A stretch of 64,000 bases of DNA from Myxococcales bacterium. GTDB lineage: Bacteria; Myxococcota_A; Polyangia; Polyangiales; DASUME01. The notes beneath the pieces are model-generated. The model was not told where the DNA came from and searched no databases. It worked only from the letters and a program-made list of their open reading frames with translations. The stretch lies in NCBI GenBank assembly GCA_047601445.1, contig JASGJH010000001.1, positions 7,360,001-7,424,000 of the forward strand, read 5' to 3'. Positions 47,215 through 56,311 of the stretch are shown piece after piece (position 1 is the stretch's first letter; each line of letters begins with the position of its first letter). A program made the position numbers and the translations under genes.

Positions 47215-48336
47215 TCAGCCGTCCCAATCGCTGTGCTGCAGAGGCAGGCTCTCTTCGACGAGGCTGCCCGCCGCGCCGCCCGAGCTGGACCGGCTCGGAA
47301 GTTCACCCGCGTCGATCAGGCGCGCACGCAGAATGTTGCGGCTGATACCCAGCAGGCGAGCGGTCTGGACCTGATTGCGATGGCAGTAGGCGTAGGCTTC
47401 GCGGACCACCACGCGCTCGATCTCCTGGTGCAGGTCTGCCACATTCTGCTCGAAGAGCTGCCGTAGGGCGGAAGACAGCGCCGAAAAGCGCAGGTTCGGC
47501 TTGCCGGTGCTGGCCGAGCTCTCTTTGCCTGCTTCACGGACTGCGAGGCGCAGGTCGGCGACTTCGACCTCGTCGCCATGGAATACCAGGAGCGCGCGGT
47601 GGATCACATTGTCGAGCTCGCGAATGTTGCCTTGCCATGGGTGCGAGAGCAGAGCGCGCTCGGCCTCCCGCGAGAGTGCGCCGCGCGTGAGCCCGAGCCG
47701 TTGGCGATAAAAATCAACGAAGTAGCGCGCAAGTGGCAGGATGTCTCCGGGGCGCTCGCGCAGGGGCGGTAGCGCGATTCTGGCTACGTTGAGGCGATAG
47801 AAGAGGTCTTCCCGGAAGCGCCCTGCGCTCACGGCGTCGCTGAGGTCAACGTTGGTGGCGGCGATCAAGCGCACGTCCACGGGCAGGGCCGTCCGTGAGC
47901 CGACTCGGACGACCTCCCGTTCTTGCAGGACCCGCAGCAGCTTGACCTGAACCGGCGCCGGCAAGTCCCCGATCTCGTCGAGGAAGAGCGTGCCGCCATT
48001 GGCTGCCTCGAACCAGCCCGGTCGCGTCGCGTTGGCTCCCGTGAAGGCACCACGCTCGTGGCCGAAGAGCTCGCTCTCGACCAGGGTCTCGGAAAGGGCG
48101 CCGCAGTTCACCGGAACGAACGGACCCGTCTTGCGCGCGCTGAGCTCATGGAGGTGGCGCGCCACGATCTCCTTACCGGTGCCGGTTTCCCCAGTGACTA
48201 AGACGGTGGCCTCACTCGGGCCGATGCGTTCGATGAGCCTGAGCAACTCCTGTGAGTTGGGGTCTTCGAATACCAGCGCCTTGGCCCGAGAGGTAGGTAG
48301 GGCAGTGTCCAGGGTCGGCAGGCGCAGCACGGTCAT
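47215..48336 (-). CDS. Sigma-54 enhancer-binding protein lacking a sensor domain (SfnR-like)
   Basis: Motifs [32 protein letters not shown] and WQGNIREL, plus a C-terminal Fis [17 protein letters not shown]. Confidence 0.88.
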   Translation of the reverse strand: MTVLRLPTLDTALPTSRAKALVFEDPNSQELLRLIERIGPSEATVLVTGETGTGKEIVARHLHELSARKTGPFVPVNCGALSETLVESELFGHERGAFTGANATRPGWFEAANGGTLFLDEIGDLPAPVQVKLLRVLQEREVVRVGSRTALPVDVRLIAATNVDLSDAVSAGRFREDLFYRLNVARIALPPLRERPGDILPLARYFVDFYRQRLGLTRGALSREAERALLSHPWQGNIRELDNVIHRALLVFHGDEVEVADLRLAVREAGKESSASTGKPNLRFSALSSALRQLFEQNVADLHQEIERVVVREAYAYCHRNQVQTARLLGISRNILRARLIDAGELPSRSSSGGAAGSLVEESLPLQHSDWDG

Positions 48337-48644
48337 GGCGAGCACGCGGACGAGCAAGATGCAGGCCACGTGACGCATCGATCCTGTGGGGCGACCACGT
48401 CCGTTTCTATAGAGGAAGTTTTGGCGTCGAAGACACGACCCTCGTCTTTCTTGCGCGAGCCCGGACGCGTTCAACGGGGGCTCACGGGACGGCTTGCAGG
48501 AGCCTGCTCGCAGCCTGCCCGCGGTACTTCACGGACACCGGTCACGGGCACGGCGCGGCGACGCACTATCGCGGCTCGGCACGCGGCAGGTCGGCTTCCC
48601 CGAGCCCGCGCAACCTGTCCCGGCGCAAGGTGCGCGCGTACTCG

Positions 48645-48660
48645 TGGCAAGCATCTTGCT
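48645..48660 (+). promoter_or_regulatory. Sigma-54 (-24/-12) promoter
   Basis: TGGCAAGCATCTTGCT fits GG-N10-GC. It ends about 30 nt before ATG48692 and is divergent from the sigma-54 activator gene. Confidence 0.75.
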
Positions 48661-48691
48661 TTGGGGGCGTGGGCAACAAGAGAGGATCCGC

Positions 48692-49303
48692 ATGAGTGGA
48701 CGAACCCAACCAAGCCGCGTCAAGACCGCCTCGCGCACCGGGCGCGACGCATCGCCTGCCGTGGCCTTCAACGTCCGGCGCCTGCGCATGCGCAAAGGCT
48801 ATACCCTCGACACCTTGGCCCGCGCTTGCAACGTAGAGCCGGAGCTGCTCGAGCAGGTCGAGCGCGGCAAGGAGGCTGCAACGATCACGCTGCTATGGAG
48901 CCTCTCAGCTGCGCTCGGAGTGCCCTTTGGTGCGCTCGTTTCGCAGCCCGGGACCCGGCATAGCGAGTCCGACCTGGTGTCGTCTGAGGCGAGCCCACGC
49001 TCTTCGGGGCTCGTGTGCAGGCCGGTGCTGCCGTCCGCGCAAGGGCCGCGCCGCACCGAGGTCTATCAGTTGACGCTCGCCGCCCATGCCTCCCGCGTCG
49101 CGCCACCTCGACCCGTCGGCGCGGTGGACAACCTACTCGTCACCTCGGGCACCGTGGTGATCGGGTTCGGGAAGGTTCGCCACCTTCTCAAGACGGGAGA
49201 CTCGCTCGACTTTCGGAGCGACGTGCAGCGCACCTACAGCAACCCGAGCGACCGCGAGACGACCATGTACGTGGTCATCACCTACGCCCAGAGCTTGGGC
49301 TGA
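48692..49303 (+). CDS. XRE-family HTH + cupin regulator
   Basis: HTH NVRRLRMRKGYTLDTLA...VERG; cupin LKTGDSLDFRSDV.RTYSNP. Confidence 0.85.
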   Translation: MSGRTQPSRVKTASRTGRDASPAVAFNVRRLRMRKGYTLDTLARACNVEPELLEQVERGKEAATITLLWSLSAALGVPFGALVSQPGTRHSESDLVSSEASPRSSGLVCRPVLPSAQGPRRTEVYQLTLAAHASRVAPPRPVGAVDNLLVTSGTVVIGFGKVRHLLKTGDSLDFRSDVQRTYSNPSDRETTMYVVITYAQSLG

Positions 49304-49395
49304 TCATGCACCTGGCCGGACCGAACCCCATCGCGTGTCGCCCCGGGTGTTGCTCTGGCAACGCCGCTGTTGGCGGGGTGTTGATGGCCGGTCAC

Positions 49396-50052
49396 CTAGA
49401 CTCGCTCGTAGCTGATCACGTTGAGAAAGCGGGCCTCGTGCGAGCTGCGGTTCTCGTAGCTATGCGGAACGTCGGAAGCAAAGTAGAGGGTGTCGCCCGC
49501 GAGCAGCTCGTACTCGGAGGCGTCGACCAGGATGCGTAGCGTGCCCTTCAACACGACCACGGTCTCGGTGGTGCCTTTGCCATGGGGGTCACTCTTGTGG
49601 ACGGCCTTGGGTGCCAGTCTGAGCTCGTACAGCTCGACGCCCGGCGCGGCGCCCCCCGGTGAGAGGAGTCGACTCTCCATCCGACCGTCCGCGCTGCGCA
49701 ACGCCACGGCGTCGTTCGAGCGCAAAAGCTTGGCGTTGGTCTCCTCGGGCATTTCCAGCAGTTCCTGGAACGGCACCTCGAGCCCCGCCGCGATCTTCCA
49801 GAGCACGCTCAGGGTCGGGTTCGTGCGCGCGCCTTCGATCTGCGAGAGGGCCGCGCGACTGACACCGCTCTTGATGGCCAGCTGGTCGAGCGAGAGATTG
49901 CGCGCCTTGCGCATGCGCTTGAGGGCCTCGGAGACCCGCCGGTTCATTTCGGCTGCGCCGAGGTCGTCGCCGCTCGTTTCTCCCACGGTGGGACGCAGCA
50001 TCGCTCGCGTGGGGTCCTTCTGTGCCGCCTTTTGCTTCTTCTTGCCCGCCAT
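49396..50052 (-). CDS. XRE-family HTH + cupin regulator (SutR-like)
   Basis: HTH LSLDQLAIKSGVSRAALSQIEGARTNPTLSVLWKIA; cupin GDTLYFASDVPHSYEN. Confidence 0.88.
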   Translation of the reverse strand: MAGKKKQKAAQKDPTRAMLRPTVGETSGDDLGAAEMNRRVSEALKRMRKARNLSLDQLAIKSGVSRAALSQIEGARTNPTLSVLWKIAAGLEVPFQELLEMPEETNAKLLRSNDAVALRSADGRMESRLLSPGGAAPGVELYELRLAPKAVHKSDPHGKGTTETVVVLKGTLRILVDASEYELLAGDTLYFASDVPHSYENRSSHEARFLNVISYERV

Positions 50053-50216
50053 ATTGCCTTCAGGTGCCTCTCGCGGCGCGGCGCCTCGGCCAGCCGGAGA
50101 TAAACGCGCGGCGAGTATACATGGCGGGAACCAGCCGGGGGAGAGACGCGGGCCCGAAAGAAGGACGCCGGCCGAGTCCCCTGCGCCGGCCCGCCTGGGC
50201 GTGATTGCAGACGTGT

Positions 50217-50232
50217 GTCTTTTGAGATAGAC
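50217..50232. promoter_or_regulatory. Palindromic operator-like box GTCT-N8-AGAC (copy 1)
   Basis: GTCTtttgagatAGAC lies between the divergent XRE gene and the aldolase-like gene. The same motif occurs at 55520 and 55658. Confidence 0.6.
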
Positions 50233-50255
50233 GACGATTGTCAAGGAAGCAGGAA

Positions 50256-50933
50256 ATGGAAGCGGATCTGAAGCAGCGCCTCGGGGCAGACACGGCTGCG
50301 TTCGTGGCGCAGGTCACCGAACAGGCGTCGCTCTCGTTCAGGGATTTTCGTGATTCCGGCACCATCAGCGTGAACGGCAGCGCGACGTTCATGGAGCGTC
50401 TGCCAGGTCGACCGGAGCTCGTGGTGGTCAGCTACGCCGGCCCCTTCGGCCGCGAGATCTCGGCCCGACCACGCATCATTGCCCTGGACGACGCCGTGTC
50501 CACCGGGGAGCGCGGCCAGCGGCGAGTCGGCCCCTACGGAAAGCTGCTGAGGCGCAGGCCAGACATCACCACTCTGGCGCTGGTGCGCTCGCCGTTCCTG
50601 GGAGCCTGGTCGCAAGCCTTTAGAGCCCTGCCGCTGGGGTCCTCTGGGACGGTGCGGGAGATCCCTGTCCAGCTCGACGAACGCAAGAGCGAACAGGATT
50701 TCATCCTGCAGCTGCTCGAGCTGACCCCTCGCATGCCCGCGGTCTTGAACGCCCGCTGTGGCGCCACCGTGTGGAGTTCACAGGGGCTGCGCGAGGCGGC
50801 CAAGCTCATCTTGAGCCTCGAGGAATGCGCGCGGGTAGCGCTGCTGAGTGAGTCGCTGCGCGGCTCGCGCGGCGACGCGGGCGCCTCGGCACCTGAGTAC
50901 GCGGTGTCGCGGGCGGCTCCGACTACGACCTGA
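50256..50933 (+). CDS. Class II aldolase/adducin-like protein, apparently lacking the Zn-binding His residues
   Basis: The pattern GTISVNGS...RRPDITTLALVRSPFLGAWSQA.R.LP...AVLNARCGATVW...A..L...LEE.A fits the fold, but HxH is replaced by LVR. Confidence 0.55.
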   Translation: MEADLKQRLGADTAAFVAQVTEQASLSFRDFRDSGTISVNGSATFMERLPGRPELVVVSYAGPFGREISARPRIIALDDAVSTGERGQRRVGPYGKLLRRRPDITTLALVRSPFLGAWSQAFRALPLGSSGTVREIPVQLDERKSEQDFILQLLELTPRMPAVLNARCGATVWSSQGLREAAKLILSLEECARVALLSESLRGSRGDAGASAPEYAVSRAAPTTT

Positions 50934-50947
50934 AGCAGGAGAAATCC

Positions 50948-52042
50948 ATGGACGCACTGACCCTCTGGTATACGCGTTGTCCGGCTCCCACCCCGCTCGG
51001 CATCGCGGCTCAGCTCAACTGGCTCGAGTACGAGTTCGCGAGTGATGGCATCGCCGTGCGGTCGCTGCAGGACGTGGCGGACCCGAAGCTCAGGCAGTCC
51101 CACCAGGATCACACGCTGCCCAACCTGTTCCGGCAGGGGGGGGTGGTGCCGGCCATCTACGCGCGCTCACTCGGGCATGCGACGCGGGTGCTCGGCTTTA
51201 CCTGGACGGACGAGGCCCAGCTGCTGTTGGCGCGCGGAGACGGCCCCCTGCTCGATCCAAGCGGCTTGCGCGGCAAGCGGCTCGGCGTGCGCGTCCGGTC
51301 CGGGGCCAAGATCGACGCCTGGCGCGCCACCACCCGGCGCGCCTACGCGGCGGCCCTGAAGGTCGCGGGGCTGTCCGAACGAGACGTGACGTTCGTGGAG
51401 ATCCCCGCCCCGGAGCAGCACGACTTTTCGGAGGTCGCTCGGCACTGGCCCAGCGTGGAGCCGCGCGAGCTCCCTGAGGTAAGGGCCTTGCTAGCGGGCG
51501 AGGTCGACGTGATCTTCCACAAGGGATCGCGGGGCGTCGAAGTGGAGCGCGCGATCGGGGCGCGGCGCATCGTCGATCTGGGCGCGCACGAGAGTTCATC
51601 CGTTCGCAGTGTCGGTGCGCTGCGCTTGTTGACCGCCGACGCCGACCTCATCGAGCGCCATCCGCGGCTCGTGGTGCGCACGCTGAAGCTGGTGCTGAGG
51701 GCCGGTGAATGGGCGGCGAGTCACCCGTTCGCCGCCATGTCTTGCGTGGTCAGCGAGACGGGCTCGAGCGAGCTGGCGGTACGCAGCGGCTACGGCAACC
51801 AGGTAGGAGAGCACCTGCGTACGGACTTCGACGCTCGGGCGATCGAGGCGCTCGACGACTGCAAGAGCTTCCTGCTCGCGAAAGGCTGGCTGAAGAGCGA
51901 CTTTTCACTAAGGGATTGGCTCGCGCCGGATCCGCTCGCGCAGGCCCAACAGGAGCTCTCCGCGCAACGCGAGCGGACTGCGCTGGGCTTGTCGAGCGTG
52001 CTCGGTTGGAGCAACGCTGCTCCTGCGTTTCATCCTCTTTGA
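50948..52042 (+). CDS. SsuA/DszB-like protein (PBP2 fold), organosulfur metabolism
   Basis: Motifs TLWYTRCPAPT (DszB-like Cys), HQDH...FRQGG, LRGKRLG and ALLAGEVDVIF. AGGAGA RBS. No signal peptide seen. Confidence 0.75.
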   Translation: MDALTLWYTRCPAPTPLGIAAQLNWLEYEFASDGIAVRSLQDVADPKLRQSHQDHTLPNLFRQGGVVPAIYARSLGHATRVLGFTWTDEAQLLLARGDGPLLDPSGLRGKRLGVRVRSGAKIDAWRATTRRAYAAALKVAGLSERDVTFVEIPAPEQHDFSEVARHWPSVEPRELPEVRALLAGEVDVIFHKGSRGVEVERAIGARRIVDLGAHESSSVRSVGALRLLTADADLIERHPRLVVRTLKLVLRAGEWAASHPFAAMSCVVSETGSSELAVRSGYGNQVGEHLRTDFDARAIEALDDCKSFLLAKGWLKSDFSLRDWLAPDPLAQAQQELSAQRERTALGLSSVLGWSNAAPAFHPL

Positions 52043-52073
52043 TCATCCGTTTCCGGCCCGGCCCGCACCTCGC

Positions 52074-53352
52074 ATGACGTCTTCGATCGATTCGCCCCCT
52101 GCCGCTGCTGCCAGCTCTGCTCCGTTCGCCGCGTTTCGCTCCGCCGACTTTCGCCGCTTCCAGGTCGGCCGCTTGCTCTCCACGCTCGCGCTACAGATCC
52201 AAGGCGTGGCCGTGGGCTGGCAGGTCTACGAGCTCACCGGCCGCGCGCTGGATCTCGGCTTCGTGGGATTGGCGCAGTTTCTCCCGGCCGTGCTGCTGTC
52301 TGCGTTCACGGGGCAAGTCGCAGATCGCTTCGATCGGCGACGGACCCTTGCGCTCTGCCAGAGCTTGCTCCTGCTCTGTTCGGGTGTGCTCCTGCTCGAA
52401 GCCAGGAGGCCGCAGCCTTTCCGTCAACGGCATCTACGCCCTGCTGTTCCTGGTGGGTATCGCCCGCGCCTTCCACGGACCTGCGAGCACCGCGCTCATG
52501 CCCAGCCTGGTCCCAGCGCAGGACTTCGCCAACGCCGTCGCATGGAGCTCTTCGAGCTGGCAGGTCGCCGTGCTCGGAGGGCCGGCGTTGGGGGGCCTTC
52601 TATACGCCACCGGAGGCGCCTCCTGCGTGTACATCGCTGCGCTCTCGTCCCAGGCCATCGCAGTGCTCGTGTTCTCCCTCATCGCGACCAGGCCCAAGCC
52701 CACCATCATCGATGCACCACCCCGCAGCCGGGAGCTCTCCGCCGGCCTGCGCTACATCTGGCGAAACCCCGTGATCCTCGGCGCGATCTCCCTGGATCTG
52801 TTCGCAGTCTTGTTCGGCGGAGCCGTCGCGCTCTTGCCCATCTATGCCCGCGACATCCTCCATGTTGGACCGCAGGGCCTGGGCCTACTGCGCAGCGCGC
52901 CCGCGCTGGGTGCGCTCATGGTGGGCATCTTGCTCGCACATCGTCCCCTCGAACGCCACGCTGGCCACGCCATGCTGCTAGGGGTCGGTGTGTTCGGGCT
53001 CGCCACCATCGCGTTCGGTCTGTCGCGGAGCTTCGTCGTATCAGTCGCCGCTCTGCTGGTGACGGGGGCGGCGGACATGGTCAGCGTGTTCGTGCGACAG
53101 CATTTGGTTCAACTGCGCACCCCAGACGCCATGCGCGGCCGCGTCGCGGCCGTGAACTCGGTGTTCGTAGGCGCTTCCAACGAGCTCGGCGAATTCGAGT
53201 CGGGGCTCGCTGCGACGGCACTCGGTGTCGTCCCAGCCGTAGTCGCAGGCGGGCTCGCGACATGCATCGTGGTCATCACCTGGGCGCTGCTGTTCCCGGC
53301 GCTGCGGCGCGTGGACCGACTCGAGCCTGCGCGCCTTGCGCACCAAGACTAG
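52074..53352 (+). CDS. MFS transporter; frameshift near 52418-52420
   Basis: The N-part (F...DFRRF, GQVADRFDRRR) is in one frame and the remainder (DLFAVLFGG, TPDAMRGRV, ASNELGEFESG) in another. Removing one T of TTT joins them. Confidence 0.85.
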
Positions 53353-53455
53353 CAGCGACCCCATGACCGTCCCCACGGCGTGGCGCTCGATCCATGGCGC
53401 GACCCTCGGCTAGCGAGCGGGAAGCCGACCGCGCTCCGCCGTCAGGGGCTTCGAG

Positions 53456-53860
53456 TTACTCCACTACGCTGAGTACGGAGAGCTTGCTGACACCGGCGCG
53501 GTTCACGGCGGCCATCACCTTCGCTACCAGGCCGTAATTGCTGGTCTGGTCTGCACTGAGGTGGACCGAGAGCTCGCTGCGCTCGGCTCGTAGCCTGCGC
53601 AGTTCGGGCTCCAGCGCGTTCAGCTTTACTTCCGCCTTGTCCACGTAGATGAGCCCCTTGTCGTCGACGCTCACCGTGACCGCAGGTTTCTGCTCTGCCT
53701 TGGCGGTGCTGGCCGTCTGCGGGAGCTGCACCTTGATCGCGTTGCCGATCAGCGGAGCCGTGATGATGAACACCACGAGCAGCACCAGCATCACGTCGAC
53801 CAACGGAGTCACGTTGATCTCGCTCACGACGTCGTCGGAGTCACCAGTTTGAATGGCCAT
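53456..53860 (-). CDS. exbD: Biopolymer transport protein ExbD
   Basis: Motifs EINVTPLVDVMLVLLVVFIITAP and SAD...YG.V..VM. Confidence 0.9.
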   Translation of the reverse strand: MAIQTGDSDDVVSEINVTPLVDVMLVLLVVFIITAPLIGNAIKVQLPQTASTAKAEQKPAVTVSVDDKGLIYVDKAEVKLNALEPELRRLRAERSELSVHLSADQTSNYGLVAKVMAAVNRAGVSKLSVLSVVE

Positions 53861-54573
53861 TAGAGACTCGCTTCCGGTCGAAAGGTGAGACCGCTCGTGT
53901 CGGCGGCTGCGCCGCGGCTGGTGGCGCTCGGGAGCTGACTGCGCAGCGCCGCGCCCACGAAGCTATTGGCGAACTCTTCGAGCTCGGCGGCGAAGGTCTT
54001 GAGCCTGCGCAGGAAGTAGTTGTAGGCGAGCACGGCCGGCACGGCGACGGCGATGCCGAGAGCGGTCGCGATCAGCGCCTCACCGATGGGGCCTGCGACG
54101 ACCTCGAGGTTGGCCGAGCCGCTGCTGCCGATGGCCTTGAGTGCGCTGACGATGCCGAGCACCGTTCCGAACAGGCCCACGAAGGGCGCCGTGGACCCGA
54201 TGCTTGCGAGCAACGCCAGGCCGGACTCGGCACCGCGGCGTTCGCGCTGCAGCTGCTGCTTCAGGCTGCGTTCCAACAAGTCACGACGCAGCTCGAGGGT
54301 TTGCGGCTCCCCGCTGTCGCCCGTCTCGCTATGAGTCCAGGCGTCGGCGCCCACCAGGGCTACACGCGCAACGGGACCTTCGTGCCGCTTGACTTCGTCG
54401 CTGGTGGGTAACGAGCGCAGCTGCGCGAACGCTTTGCCGAACGACTCGGCCTGACGAGAGAGGCGCCGCTGCTGAAATACCTTCACGATGACGATGGCCC
54501 ACGTGAGGGCAGACGCCGCGACGAGAGCCACGAACGTGGCGTTCACGAACAAGAGAGTTAGCTTCTCGGACAT
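53860..54573 (-). CDS. exbB: MotA/TolQ/ExbB proton channel
   Basis: Motifs LASIGSTAPFVGLFGTV.GI and IGEALIATALGIAVAVPAVLAYN. Confidence 0.9.
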   Translation of the reverse strand: MSEKLTLLFVNATFVALVAASALTWAIVIVKVFQQRRLSRQAESFGKAFAQLRSLPTSDEVKRHEGPVARVALVGADAWTHSETGDSGEPQTLELRRDLLERSLKQQLQRERRGAESGLALLASIGSTAPFVGLFGTVLGIVSALKAIGSSGSANLEVVAGPIGEALIATALGIAVAVPAVLAYNYFLRRLKTFAAELEEFANSFVGAALRSQLPSATSRGAAADTSGLTFRPEASL

Positions 54574-54624
54574 GTGCAATGACTCCGGGGGGTTGTTCGC
54601 GCGCCGAGCAGGGCGCGCCTCGAC

Positions 54625-55453
54625 TCACTGAATGCGAAACTCGAATGGCACGGAGACCCAACCGGCGATGGGTTTGCCACCCTGGCTCGCCGGCACGAAG
54701 CTCCAGCTCTTCACGACCTCGAGGGCGGCCTCGTCGAGCGCCTCGTGGCCTGCCGAGACCTGCACGCGGGCGCTCTCGACCTTGCCGTTGGGCAGCACTC
54801 TCACGCGCAAGATCACGCGGCCTTGCAGGCCGTCGCGCAAGGCGGTGCGGGGATAGGCCGGGCGGGGGTTGTTCAGGTAGTTGGCGCCTTCCTTGGCCTC
54901 GATCACGGGTGGAGGCGGTGGCGGCGGAGGAGGAGGCGCCGGCGGGGCCACCACCGGCTCTGGCGCCGGTGGAGCGAGCCCCGCCGGCGCGGGGGGGAGG
55001 TCACCGTCTTCGCCTTGCGGAATGTCGGTTCCGACCTCCTCGGGCGTCTTCGCCGTTTCGGCGGGCGTCGCACTCGGCGTGAGACGTGGCACTGGCTTGT
55101 GGCTGGGGCGCGGCTCGGGCGGCGGGAGCTTCTGCTCCTCTTGCTTGGGCTCGGGCTCGGGCTCTACCTGCTTGGGCGGAGGAGGCGGCGGAGGCGCGAG
55201 CTCGATTCTCGATTTGCTCCGGAATCGGGCGCACTGGCTCCGAGGCGCTTACGTGCAGCACCCACACCAGTGATCCGTGCACGGCCAGCGAGAAGGCGAA
55301 CACGCCCCGCGCGAGGCGGGCGCTGGGCTCGGCCGCCGGTGGAATCGAGATCAATGCTGGTGCGGTCCCGACGGCGGCGCGCGCGCTGCTGCGTGCGTGC
55401 GCGGGGATGCGTCGGCTCGAATCGGGCGACTTCTGCTTGCTCGCTTGCGACAT
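54625..55453 (-). CDS. tonB: Energy transducer TonB; frameshift near 55206
   Basis: TM anchor FSLAVHG in one frame. The Pro-rich spacer and C-domain (PAYP..A...G.QGRV...LDEAALEVVKSWSFVPA) are in another. GAATC->GATC joins them. Confidence 0.85.
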
Positions 55454-55519
55454 CGCGGCTCTCTCCTCCAAGATGCGCCGCAACGGCGCGACCTGCTTTC
55501 AAGGTCAGTTGGGACCAGT

Positions 55520-55673
55520 GTCTACTATGACAGACATGTGGTCTTGTCAAACGTCGGCCCAGCGCCGCTTCGCCTACGCCATGCCTAACTGTCGGGTCTC
55601 TGCGAGGTGCGGCTTGGCCCGAAGGGACCGCCCGGCCAGCGGGAATGGCGTATCAACGTCTTGTATAGTAGAC
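55520..55673. promoter_or_regulatory. Two GTCT-N8-AGAC boxes in the divergent tonB/nitroreductase intergenic region
   Basis: GTCTactatgacAGAC at 55520-55535 and GTCTtgtatagtAGAC at 55658-55673. The two are near-inverted copies sharing TGTCTACTAT. Confidence 0.65.
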
Positions 55674-55702
55674 ATGAGCGCAGTTGGAAAGAGGTGTGTC
55701 GA

Positions 55703-56311
55703 ATGGTTGCCGAAGTTGCTGAATTTTCATCCGCCGTGGTGGCGCGTGCGCCCGAAGCGGCCGTGGATAGCCAGTTCGTCGAGCGCTGGTCGCAGCGCTC
55801 ATTCTCCGAGAGGGGGCTCTCGCGCGAGCAAATCGGCGCGTTGTTCGAGGCCGCCCGCTGGGCGCCTTCGGCCAGCAACCAGCAGCCCTGGCTGTTCGTC
55901 TACGCCACGAGGCAGGAGGCGCTGGTGAGACTGCGCACCCTGCTCAAGGAGGGCAACCTGCGCTGGGCGACGCGCGCACCCCTCCTGATCTTCGTGTTCG
56001 CGCGTAAACGCCATCCCGAGACCGGTGCTCCCATTCGGACCGCCCAGTTCGATACCGGCGCAGCCTGGCAATCCCTTGCCCTGCAGGCACACAAACTGGG
56101 GCTCTCGACCCGAGCCATGGGCGGCATCCATCACAATCTCGTGTACGACGCCGTCGGAGTATCTCGGGAAGATTACGAGTCGATGGTGGCCATCGCCGTG
56201 GGATATCCGGGCGACCAGGAAACTTTGCCGGCGGACTTGCGCGAGCGCGAGAAGCCCAACACCCGCAAGAGCACGCGCGAGTTTGTCTTCGAAGAGCGCT
56301 TCGGTCGATGA
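55703..56311 (+). CDS. Nitroreductase family protein
   Basis: Motifs ERWSQRSF, EAARWAPSASNQQPW, FDTGAAW and AMGG. Confidence 0.9.
   Translation: MVAEVAEFSSAVVARAPEAAVDSQFVERWSQRSFSERGLSREQIGALFEAARWAPSASNQQPWLFVYATRQEALVRLRTLLKEGNLRWATRAPLLIFVFARKRHPETGAPIRTAQFDTGAAWQSLALQAHKLGLSTRAMGGIHHNLVYDAVGVSREDYESMVAIAVGYPGDQETLPADLREREKPNTRKSTREFVFEERFGR

Noticed and set aside
296..55453. Calling the five frameshifted genes true pseudogenes
   Set aside because: Each has a single 1-nt indel in an error-prone context and otherwise intact motifs, so assembly error is more likely. This stays unresolved without reads.
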